64,000 nucleotides of DNA from Mobula hypostoma (taxonomy: Eukaryota). The stretch covers positions 130,512,001-130,576,000 of the forward strand of contig NC_086097.1 of assembly GCF_963921235.1 (NCBI RefSeq), in the 5' to 3' direction. Under the pieces are notes generated by a model. That model was given only the letters and a program-made list of their open reading frames with translations, did no database searches and was not told the origin of the DNA. The position numbers and the translations under genes are program-made. Every line of letters begins with the position of its first letter. Within the stretch, counting starts at the first letter, position 1. Shown piece after piece: positions 27,341 to 39,435 of this stretch.

Positions 27341-28303
27341 TCAAGGACAATGGGTGATGATCATCATTATCACAAACCTGGGCGGAAGGTCTGAAAGGTA
27401 TGAGATGCCCAGTCATTGAGATCCCCTCTCGGCCTCACCAGTGTAGTCCAAAGGAAAGCTTATGAAGCAATACATTTGGCACCAGTACGGCCTTAGGGGC
27501 TCCACTCCAGATCTGCCTTTCTCTCTCCCGAGGCTGCCCACGAGAGAGTGGGGCTATTTATCCATGGCTGGGGATCTGGTTCATGAGCACCAGGGTGTGT
27601 CCACACACCAGTGGGCCTGTGTACTATGTGTGCAGGGGCCAGACATCCTCCCTGTCTTCTGTAGTTCAGCCCGAGTGTGAAAGGAGTTCAGTTTCCATGT
27701 GTTGGTAGCAAGGAGGCACTACATCAGACTTGCTGTTGGAGAGTCTGTGTACTGGCAGGGAGAGACTTACACATTCAGCTCCCCATTTCACAAGACTGCT
27801 AACCAGCAGTGGAAGCTGAAAGGGAGAGCAGTAAGTACTACCCACTACACTACCACACTAGACGCATCACAACAACCAACATACTAAAGCATACATATAT
27901 ATGAATGTTCATATAAATATATTTTGCACATAATTACATGCATAAACTGGCATGCAGAATCACATGCATGCACACACATTTGTGTACAAATTTGTACTCT
28001 AACACCAGAAATAAACAGATGTAGAACATTTTTCCCTCTGACTGAATTGGATTGCCTGAATCCCTAGAAAAATGGCCATTCACTTAACTTGCTGGGATGT
28101 TCTGCTGACTTCTGATGGCAGGTCAATGACATGAACTGTTCACCCTTTTTATCCCTCCATAGATGCTGCTGAGGTTTCATAATACTCTCTCTGTTTCTGC
28201 TGCGTTTTCACCCAAAATTGATGATGGTTGACTGGAGAACCCCTGTGGAGTTTCCAGATATTAATATTTCATTAGGCAAGACCATAAAATGTATCATACT
28301 TAC

Positions 28304-28476
28304 AGCACTCAATGGGATTGGATGAAACCTGCAGAGAGATCGTTCTACCATTGGGTTGTGGAATGTGCACACGAAAGACCAGCCGTACTCTTGTATTCTT
28401 CCTTCCAATGTCAGTCTCACCTTTCCTCAGTTCAATGTCAGAATTTCGAAGCTTCAATATCCCAGCACAATCAATG
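28304..28476 (-). CDS. NFATC1: NFAT (NFATC1-like) coding exon, RHD (173 bp)
   Basis: Translates (N)[57 protein letters not shown]. cag acceptor at 28477-28479, gtaagt donor at 28298-28303. Phase joins the previous exon (AA+C = Asn). Confidence 0.95.
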
Positions 28477-29714
28477 CTGTTGGAGAGAGGAAACAGTTGG
28501 TGTTAGGATAACAAATACTTCCAAACTGATATTTTTCCGCCAAGAACATATAAGAGGGAACAGGAACTATTTTTCTCTTGATTGCAACGTTCAAATAGTG
28601 TGTGAGGGGTTTTAAATGCACACAGGGAAATACTCGTGTTTGCACACAAGCACATACAAACACGTGCACATACACATGCAACTTTATCAATGCATTCAAT
28701 TGCAATGTTCAAGAAGAAAAGGGTGTCACAGTAGGGTTGCAGTTAGTGTAGCACTATTTCAGCACCAGCAACATGGGTTCAATTGCCACCGCTGTCTGTA
28801 AAAAATTTGTATGTTAACTCTGTGACTGCATGGGTTTACTCTGGGTGCTCTGATTTCCTCCCATATTCCAAGGGGTTAGTTAGTTAACTGGTTCCAGGGA
28901 TGTAATCCTGATAATGTTCTTTTGCACGCTCTCCAAAGGCTTGACATTCTTTCTACAATGAGGAAACCAGAACTGAATGCAATTTGGCCTAAACTAGAAT
29001 TTTATAAAGCTGCATCATAACTTCCTGAGTTTGGAACTCAGTTCCTTGAAGGCAAGAATGTCATCTGCCAAGGTTTCCTTGTTCTTCCTTCTTACTGGAA
29101 CATACCTGTCCTGCACTCTGTGCAGATGGCCTTTAAACACCCTCCACGTTGAGATATGGACTCGCCCAAAAACAGTAACTCCCAATCTCCCTAGTTCTGC
29201 GTAATATTTACATAATTTGCTCTGCTCTGGTGGAATGCTCTTAAGATTCATTTTGAGGAGAAGTTTGAAAGGATAGTAAACTCTTCCAACAAAAGAGAAA
29301 CTTGCATATATGATACTATGGGGATGACATCAAAACATTTTTAAATAGAGGTGTTATTAAGATAAGCCACTTTAAATGGTAACTGGAGAACCCTCTTCCA
29401 ATTTTATGAACAGTATTTATCCACTTTTTAAAGCAAGATCTACTTCAGTTCAAATAACTTGCAAGTAATATGAATTGGATACATTTAGCTCTTGCACTAA
29501 TGTCAGGATACAACACACATCTCCAGCAAAATTGCTGAAGTTCAAAAGTACATTTATTATCAAAGTATATACACCAATGCAACCTTGTGATTTGTCTTCT
29601 TGCTGGCAGCCACAAACCAAAGAAACACAATAGAACCCATTAAAACACAAATACACAAGGACCATCAAACAACCAATGTGCAAAAAAATTGTGCAAACAA
29701 TAAAAAAGTAAACA

Positions 29715-30866
29715 TAAGAACACACGAAATAGGAGCAGGAGTAGGCCATCGAGCCTGCTCTGCCATTCAGTAAGATAATGGCTGATTTGGTCATGGACTT
29801 ATCTCCACCTACCTGTTTTTCCCCATAACTCTTAATTCCCCTACTATGCAAATATCTATCCAACCTTGTCTTAAATATATTTACTGAGGTAGCCTCCACT
29901 GCTTCATCGGGCAGAAAATTCCACAGATTTGCCACTCTCTGAGAAAAGCAGTTTCTCCTCATCTCCGTCCTAAATCTATTCCCCTGAATCTTGAGGCTAT
30001 GTCCCCTGGTTTTAGATTCACCTACCAGTGGAAACAACTTTCCTGCCTCTATCTTATCTATCCCTTTCATGATTTTATATGTTTGTATAACATCTCTCAT
30101 TCTTCTGAATTCCAGCGAGTGCAGTCCCAGGCAACTCAATCTCTCCTCAAGTCTAACCCCCTCATCTCACAAATCAATGTGGTGAACCTCCTTTGCACCA
30201 CCTTCAAAGCCAGTATATCCTCCCTCAAGAAAGGAGACCAGAACTACATGCAGTCCTCCAGGTGTGGCCTCACCAGTACCCTGTGTAGTTGCAGCATAAC
30301 CCCCCTGCTCTTAAATTTAATCCCTCTAGCAATGAAGGCCAACATTCCATTTGCCTGCTGCACCTGCAAACCAACCTTTTGTGATGCATACACAAGCACT
30401 CCTATGACCCTCTGCACAGCAGCCTGCTGCATTTTTTTACCATTTAAATAATAATCTTCTTTTCCATTTTTCCCTCGCATTTACCAACATTGTATTCCAT
30501 CTGCCAGACCCTTGCCCACTCACTTAACCTATCGATATCTCTCTGCAGACTCTCCGTATCTTCTGCACAATTTGCTTTGCTACTCTATTTAGTATCATCA
30601 GCAAACTTAGATACACTCTTCCAGATCGTTAATGTATATCATGAACAGTTGCGGGCCCAGCACTGACCCCTGTGGCACACCACTCACCACTGATTGCCAA
30701 CCAGAGGAACCCCCATGTATCCCAACTCTCTGCCTTCGACTAGTTAACCAATCCTCTATCCATGCAAATACATCACCCCCCACTCTATGTATCCTTATCT
30801 TATGGGTAAGTCTATTATGATGCACCTTATCGAATGCCTTCTAGAAATCCAAGTAAATAACATCCA
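29715..30866 (-). mobile_element. CR1 LINE 3' part, nested in an unclassified non-autonomous element
   Basis: [20 protein letters not shown] and RVLVRPHLEDC motifs; flanked by TAAACA at 29709-29714 and 30867-30872. Confidence 0.9.
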
Positions 30867-30937
30867 TAAACAAATGACAAAAGAACATGAACTGCAGAGG
30901 GCTCAGGCACACAGCCAGTTCAGTATTGCAGCTGGTT

Positions 30938-31158
30938 CAGGAGCCCGATGACTGCAGGCCACAGCCATGGAACCAGTTCAATGCAACAACCTGTCCAGGA
31001 GCTCAATGGCTGCAGGCCACAGCCACGGAACCAGTTCAGTGCAACAACCTGTCCAGGAGCTCAATGGCTGCAGGCCACAGCCACGGAACCAGTTCAGTGC
31101 AACAACCTGTCCAGGAGCTCAATGGCTGCAGGCCACAGCCATGGAACCAGTTCAGTGC
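30938..31158. repeat. 58-bp minisatellite, ~3.8 copies
   Basis: GCTCAATGGCTGCAGGCCACAGCCAYGGAACCAGTTCAGTGCAACAACCTGTCCAGGA recurs at 31001, 31059 and 31117. Confidence 0.92.
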
Positions 31159-33608
31159 TGAGTTGAGTGCAGATGGTTGCGGGCCACAGAATCCACTAAA
31201 TACTGGTTTGCTTTTTGCTCTCGGGCCCAGGCCCCATCAATTTCAATCGGCCCAAGGTCTGTTCCAGCAATGGCCACCTCGACAGTACCTTCATTCTCAA
31301 GAGTCCGGTTCGCCAAATACTTTAGGATACCACAAAAACGCCAGGTCATACAGATACTTCAAAAGCACAGATCCAAAAGGGAGATTACAGAGTGTGAATT
31401 GCAGTGATTGTAGTCCAGTAAAAGTGGAGTTAATACAATAGTTAGTAGCTTTATCTGCTGCCTGTAAAGTGTCATAGTGTCTCACCACCACCATCTTTGT
31501 TGTGAAATTTCTGGATAAAATAGATACTTTTTTCTGAAACCTGTCACAAGCTCAAGATGCCTCTAAGTGCACTGTAACTATTGAAATGCTTCTTGTGTAG
31601 GTACTGCTGTAATGCTGGAGACTCAGCAGACAATTTGCACACAGCAAGATTTCCAACTAAAGGCAGATAATTGCCAATGTGTGTTATTGTGATTGGAATT
31701 GAAGTGTAACTAATGGGAGGGGCACTGGGAAGAATTCCTCTGCTCTTCAGAATAACTGCTGCGGAACAATTTATTTCCATCCGAGCAGGCCGAGTGAATC
31801 CAAACTTAACATTTCTTGAAACAATAGTATCTATGACAACCGCACCTTATGGTACTGCACTGGACCCTCAACCACCAGAAAAGGATTTCAATCCACCATC
31901 TTCTACTTCATACTTAATACCTAAAAACACCAGGACTGGTAAGATTTTCAGCTTGTTAGCTCTCGCAAACTCTTTGTTTGTTTGTTATGTTCCATGTCAT
32001 ATGATGTGGGCAATCATGGTCTTTCCATGACCATGATTGTTCTCGGCAAATCTTCCTACAGAGATGGTTTGTCATTGCCTTCTTCTGGGCAGTGTCTCTA
32101 CAAGACTGGTGACCCAGCCATTATCAATACTCTTTAGAGATTGTCTGCCTGGCATCTCCAGGACTTGTGATATACACCAACTACTCACACGACCATCCAC
32201 CACCTGCTCCCATGACCTCACATGACCCTGATCATGGGGCAGGGGGGGGAGTAGGGGTTAAGCAGGTGCTACACCTAGCCTAAGGGAGACATGCAGGCTA
32301 GTAGAGGGAAGGAGCACTTTACACCTCATTTTCTCTTGTTTGTAATATAATAGAATGAATCAGTTAATGCATTCTCTGAAAATAACACCTCATATTGTGT
32401 TATTGCCATGTGGTTAGACGGTAGAATAGCTCAACGTTACAGAAAATAGATTCATTGATACACTGACACACATATACATATACATATCCACATGTGCACA
32501 AACACCTGTATATATTGGGGTTATTATCTTAATTAGTTTGGCACAACATTGTTGGCTGAAAGGCCTTTTCCCTTGGCGTATAGGAGAATGAGGGATATTT
32601 AATAGAGGTAAACAATATTATGGGAGTTATAGATGGGGTTAATCAGATTTTTTTGAACTGAGGTTAGGTGAGACTAGAATTAAAGGTCATAGGTTAAGGG
32701 TGAAAGGTGAATATTCAAGGGAAAACTGAGGAGAAACTTCAACATTTAAGAGAAATTTGGTTAAGTACCTGGATGGTCCAAGTACAGATTGATGGGACTT
32801 GGCAGAATAACAGTTTGGCATTTACTAAATGGCCCAAAGGGCCGGTTTGTGCTCTGTAGTGCTCTATGACTCTTATGATTCTATTCATATGTTTGGACAC
32901 TCAAATGTAAACACATACACATATGCATGCACAAATACACATGTAAAAATGTGTTAATAAGTACAGAAATTCATATGTATGTGTATAGACAAACTCACAC
33001 AAACACACACACACCATTCTCCTTTGCTCTGTAAACAAATGCACTGAGCACCATTTACGCTGCAACATCAGACAACTTAGATTCTGTTTCAATGCCCACT
33101 TGTTGCGGGAGTGCAATTACTGCAATGTGGAGATCTTGACAGATGACACCGTGGTAAAGTAGTTAGCATTACTGACTCACAGAAACCTGGGTTCAATTCT
33201 GACCTTAGGTGCCAACTCTGAAGAATTCACAATTCATTTCCACTCAGGTGTTCTGGTTTTCTCCCACATTCCAAATGTAACTGGTGGGTAAATTGGCCAC
33301 TGTAAAGTACCCTTCACTATGGACAAGTGGCAAATGAAATAAGAAAGGAAGCTGTTCGGCTTGAGAGAGTAAATTTTATGTCTACAGAGAAATAAGAAGT
33401 AAGTGTATGGGTTGGCATTGTCAATGGTCCAAATGGAATCCTTCCACACTGTAAAAGAAAGGATAGTTTTAACCTTGAAACCTCAATTGACACTCAGTAC
33501 CATAACAGGACTGCTCAGCCTTAGGACCAGTACTATTTTAATTTCACCAACTGTTATAAGTCATGAGCTGAAGATTTTTGACATGGACTGTGTTTCGAGG
33601 AGACTCAC

Positions 33609-33811
33609 TTTGCTCTCATGTTATTTTCTGGCAGTAGAGGGATCTCCAGCACCTTGGTGTTGCTGATGATGCTTTCATGGCTGGTTGTAGAAACCGTCTT
33701 GCCAGTGATCCGATGGACTTGGTAGAAGGCATGTGGTCTCAACAGGCGGTCGTCTGCTGTCCCAATGAACAGCTGCAAAGTGAGGGGTTCACTTTCCATG
33801 TAGCCATGAAG
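33609..33811 (-). CDS. NFATC1: NFAT (NFATC1-like) coding exon, Rel homology DNA-binding domain (203 bp)
   Basis: Translates [67 protein letters not shown]. Pyrimidine tract plus cag acceptor (33812-33814); gtgagt donor (33603-33608). The residues [19 protein letters not shown] and TVSTTSHE match NFATC1 as I recall it. Confidence 0.93.
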
Positions 33812-36800
33812 CTGGCAATAAAACAGAGAGAAAAAAAAAATCAATGTTCAACATCAAGCACTAAAGACCAATTAATTTTTTTATACAGGCCAGAGCCAAA
33901 AACAGGCAAGAAAATTGCTGACAGGTGCGATGTCTCATTTTTGAAGTCACAAATTATGTAAATATATTTAGTGTGCTTCATATTAAAGGTAATTTTACAA
34001 GATTGTGTTCTTTAAGGTGGTTATGGAACTGTTTCTAAAGATCGAAAATAGCAGTTTGATGACTTACTGCATGATTATTTTCAAAAAGTTCTGCTTTCAT
34101 ATTCATTTCATTATATGGATAAACCATGTTGCACACTGGATCTCCAATACATACAGAACAGAAGACAGTCCTTAGACCCAGCAAGCCAATGCTGACCATC
34201 AAACATACTAATTAATCCTATTCTTTAATTTTCTCCACATTTTCATCAACCCCCCCCCCCACCTACCTCCAACAATACACATGAGGAGCAATATAGAACA
34301 GTGAATTAACCTATCAGCCCCCAGATTTCAGGGCTGTGGAAGGAAAATGGAGAATTCAGTCACGGACAGAACACCCAAACTCCACACAGACAGCATTGGA
34401 GGTTAGGATCGAACTCAGGACTCAGGCACTCTGAGGTTGTTGCCTCTACTATTTGAACCACTCTACCACCCTAACCTGTCCACTAACCACTCCATAAACT
34501 CATGCATCCCTTTTTACAGCAGCACACATGTTCCAAAATGCCTCAGAAGGAAGCAATTTAAAACCAAATTTGACACTTAAAGAAATGGATGACTCAAAAG
34601 ATGATAGTGGCTTTGAAGAGTTTAAATGGAGATAGCAAAATGGAGTGCTCTATGGAGACTATTCCAGAGTGTTGGGTAGAGGCAGCTTAAAGTTGCATTC
34701 TGAAGTGCAACACCTCATACTAGTTTGTATTAAATTCCATCTGCCATTTTCCAGCCCATTTTCCCAGCTGGGCAAGATTGCATTGCAAGCTTTGAAAGCC
34801 TTCCTCATTATCCATTAGATCCTCAGTTTTGGTGTCATCCTCAAACTTACTGGTCCAGTTTACCTCATTATCATCTAAATCATTAATACAGATGATAAAC
34901 AATGGACCCACCACTGGTCACAGGCCTCCAGCCAGAGGGACAGCCATCTACTACCACTCTCTGGTTTCTTACACAAAGCCAATTTACTACTTCATTTTAA
35001 ATGCCAAGCAACCTAAACTTCTGGACCAGACTCCTATGATGAACTTCGTCAAAGGTCTTGCTGAAGTTCCGATTCCTCATGTTCTTCATGGCAGCTTTTC
35101 TACTGCATGTACATGGGAGGTGGGGGGAGGGTGGCATGAACTCCCACTTTCCATTAAATGCTCCCAATGGCATGGGTCTCAAATAACCTCTGCCAACCAA
35201 GTCCAGCTCCCGGCCTTCACATGGGAGCTTAGCAACTAAACCCAACAGAACAGTTTCTACTGACAAGAGAAGGGGCAAAATCGGGCAAACTGTATCAGTC
35301 TCTGCCGTTCCTTTGGATTCATCAGCTATGCAGAAAGAGGGAACCTGCTACATGGGCAACAGTTTGCTCTCCCTATCGTACCGCCCAGGCTTGTGATTAA
35401 CGTAGACAATTGGGATGCAACATCCACGGTTGATTCAACCAACAGACGGTCTCTAAATTCAGCACGGCATTGGTACATGTTACTTTTTGAATCTCTCACA
35501 CAATTTTGTGAACCAATTCAGGAACCTGGAGTGGCCTTTGGTGTTAAAGACGCCACATAGGGATAATCTCCAATTATCTCCAATTTTTAGGCATATGAAT
35601 CTAATAGAATGTACAAATACTAGCAGAAGACATTTTAAAAAAATGTTGAAACATACATTTAAGAGAAGAAATATTGATAGCAAGAACCACTGGAAGGCCA
35701 TCAGCAGGAAAATAGAAGTGAAATTAGTGGTTATGCAAACTATATTATATTTGCTCCGGTGGGAGGTAGAACTGATTACGGAAAATAACCTTGCCTTGAC
35801 TCACAAAGCTGAAGTTATTCTGTTTAGATACAATATGATGCATGTTAAAAGGGTTTAAGATAGAGAAGGGGAAAGATTTGGAGATCTGATAGCAAACTAT
35901 CATCGAATTATTTCAAAGGAATACAGTTTGGCAGCCAAAGAGATTGCTGGTTAACCCAGAGTTTACAACATACCAAATAATATTGATTTTTTTTCATTTG
36001 CATGATATATTGAAAGAATATATTGATATACTACATATGTGTGAGCCCAAATGCATTCTAAAGGATGTAACAAGGTTCTGTTTTGATAATTCACCACAGA
36101 ATTCTGCACAATAATCATTCCAGAACTAACACCACTTAAGAAATTACTTACTGTTTCCCACATGAAAGCAGTGCTAGTTGTAAAATGGCAACTCAGTGTA
36201 GTCCTTTTGGATTAAGGAATGTCCCAACTCCTTAATGTTGCCCCAAAATTCAAAGAATGTTGGAAGGAGGATAGGGTTCAGGATTTTCATTCCTAGTGAG
36301 TCATGTTTAATACATTAAGCAGTAGTTGCAATGCATTTGCCTCTGCTGCCAACATTCATTTGCATTGACTTTATTGAAATTGGTCATGAGTTTTAAGACA
36401 GTGGTATCTGAAACATTGGGCAACATGTTTATGAAGTAAAAGTTGGCTATGCCCTTCATTTTCCTTTCCCCAACACTCAGAAGGAGCAGAAGATTCATGT
36501 AGTGCATGTGACACGTTTTTTTTTCCTGGACAGATACGTTAACCAGCAAATCAAAGCTTTCTCCTTCCAGCCTCCCTGGGAAATTTTTGAGCATGGATGA
36601 TCCTGGTTGATACTGTTGGAAAATGTTCCTTAGCCAGTGGCTATTCCCTCTATGGAGGACACCTCAGTTTCCGGGCACAAGAGCCTACATGCATCAGGGT
36701 TGCATTAGGACCTTGACACAGACTCAAATCTGGAAATTCAGACGATTTTCACATCACATCAGACAGCACACATACTTTGCAAATTGGAAAGGAAATATTA

Positions 36801-39202
36801 GCCATATTTAGAGTAACGCAAGTAGCTATGTGAAGGTACATCCCACTACATCTAATGTAAGTGTCCCAATAATGATGATCAAGCTTAGGTAAAAAAAAAT
36901 AAATGGTCCAAATGTAATGAAACAGACTATGACTAAGGCCAATAGCAAAACAATAGTGCTGAGTTGATCAGGAAATAAAGTTTCTCATTAAGACCTTTGT
37001 GCTAAAGCTTCGCATTCCCTGATTCTTGTTCACAGAAATCCCAGGCATCCACTATTGAGATGTCATCAAGTGATGGAGCAATGACAGCAAAGAGCTCTTA
37101 CAGGCAAGAAACACAGAAAACAGTTTATATATATATATTTTGTTTCAATTTGATATGGAGTCTGAATTAAGGATTGCAATAATGATATCTGAGTACAATA
37201 GAGACCAAAAGTTCTTAACTTTTCACTAAAAAAACACATTAAAAAAATTTCCATGTGGGGAGTTTACAACATGTACTTGCATAAGTAATAAGTATTTTTA
37301 TGGTCATGTAATGTGTTAAGGTGTAATTATAGCTTTGATTGCTGTTAATTCCTGACCTAGGCATCATATAAATATTTCAAAGCATTTTAACAATTCACAA
37401 AAAAGTCCACATTTTTGTAAGCTTGATTATATCAGAGCTGCAACCTGTGCTGTGTGTGATGACAGGCTGAAATACAGAAAGCGATTTCAACTACACATTC
37501 CCAAATATCCTTAAGTTGCAAATGGAAATAATGGTAAGCACTCGTGATTTTGACATCATCATTATTTTTAAAATCCATCTTTTTGATGTTACCTATTAGT
37601 ATCTAACCAAGGGAAAAAATCCTAGCAAAATCATTGCTGAGTTTATCAAGGCAGTTGGCTATAATGAGTAATATCCTGCTTGGTATCTATTTATCTGTTG
37701 ATGTCACAGAGTCATAGAATCATATAGCATGGGACAGGCCTATAGCCCATCTCATCTATGCTATGGTTGACACAGAGCCCTCTAAATCTCTCATATCTTT
37801 GTACTTATCTTGTTGGATTTTAAATGTTGCTAATGTGCCAATCTCATCCACTATTTCTGGATGAGGTTGGCTCATTCCAAATAGACATAACCTCTTGAAT
37901 GAAGAAGCTGCTCCTGATGCCTCCCTCCCTGATGCCTCTGACCCTAAACTTATGTCCTCTTGTCCTCAACACCTTCTCCCTAGGAAAAAGACACCCTTTT
38001 TATGTCCCTCATGATTTTATATATGTCTATCCAGTCACTCCTCTGTATCCCTGGCAAACTATTTCCCTTTGCAAATAGGTGCTGTCCTCCAATTCCATTC
38101 CAAAGTTAGAGTGACCAAGTTTCCATCCTAATCTTCAATGCTATTCAAATGGTGTTTATTATCTCTACCCACGACCATGTGGGTTTCCCTCAGATGCTCT
38201 GGTTTCCTCCCACATGGGAGTAAAATCAAACTGCTGGAGGAACTCAAGAGGTCAAGTAGCAGCTGTGGGAAGTGAGTAATTGTTGACATTTTGGGTCGAA
38301 GTGGTTACGGGTGATGATCTGGAGTTCTTTGTTTATAGATAATGGTGGAAAGGGAGCCAATTGAAGATCCTAAGAGAACTGGATAGATTATTAAAAGAAA
38401 ACATATTCCAAAGTTACAGGGGAAAAAAGCTACAATGGACTGACAAGACCGTTCTGCAAAGAGCAAGCACAGACTCAATGAAATAAAATTTCCTTCCACC
38501 ATGCTGTGACAATACTACAATGATCTAAGTGCCTACCAAGTCCAAACAAAGATTTATAGGCAAATTGCCATCTCTCTTTCTATGCGCCCAACTGCTTTTT
38601 TTTGTCAAGCCTGCTAGAGCTTTGTTTCATTGTGATAAAACCCTGAGAGCATCTGCAAACAATGCAGTTTTATTTAAAGTGGCAACATCTACACTGGCAA
38701 AAGCCAGCAAGAAAAATAACACAAATACAGCAACTAATCAAGACTGCCTCCAAGCCAGTATTCTTTGAATAAATCTTCATTAAAAGAAAGAAAATATCGC
38801 AAAATTTCAACAAATAAGCACTTACATGGCATAATTTCTGCAGTACTGTTGTGATCAGAAAAAAATCTGTTGTCATTTCTCAATTACATAAAGTCCCTTT
38901 GAAAAGTAGTAGACTCAGTACACAATGCTGAATCAGTAACCCCCAATAGTAACCTTCAAAAGGTGGTCTCACAAGCAAAGTTATTGCTAGTGCTCTGTGC
39001 AAAAATAATATTATAGTACACAGCAATTTCTGGCCCAGGATTAATCAATCACAACCTCCCTTTCCAAATTCTACAAATTTATTATTGACTTTGATACTGC
39101 TGATCTTCTAATGTTGATTTCATTTTGTACTTGATCCATTTTTAACTCATGAGATTGTGAGGTTTGACATTTCATCTTTTGGCAAAAAATAAATGGGGGC
39201 AC

Positions 39203-39435
39203 TGTTATGTTTTGTAACTCAAAAACATAAAACTAATTGAAAGTAAAAACACAGAGCTGAGAATGCATGTCTTAATTTTGTTTTACTTCAGCGAGACGCG
39301 CACATGATGACGCATGCCATTCAAGTACTCTTATATATAACCCGTAAGGATCTATGTAAACAAAAGAAGAAGGCTTAATCAAACAATATGTTTACAATAT
39401 CACTCAAATATTACTGAATTATTAAATAGACAACA
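39203..39435 (-). repeat. 3' LTR of the Mag-like element
   Basis: TGTTATG...GACAACA on +; homologous to 46266-46504. Confidence 0.75.

Larger units (their letters stand above)
29538..31440 (-). mobile_element. Unclassified SINE-like element (a second copy at 41385-41800), split by CR1
   Basis: Shared text GTTCAAA..GTACATTTATTATCAAAGTAT..TGGCAGCCACAAA.CAAAGAAACA..AGAACCCAT..ACCATCAAACA.CCAATG in both places. The right boundary is approximate. Confidence 0.55.

Noticed and set aside
30938..31158. Possible CRISPR-like array
   Set aside because: The units are contiguous with no unique spacers and the context is a vertebrate intron; it is a minisatellite.
33146..33215. tRNA gene-like A/B boxes
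   Set aside because: No cloverleaf, and it continues into a SINE core; a decayed SINE head.
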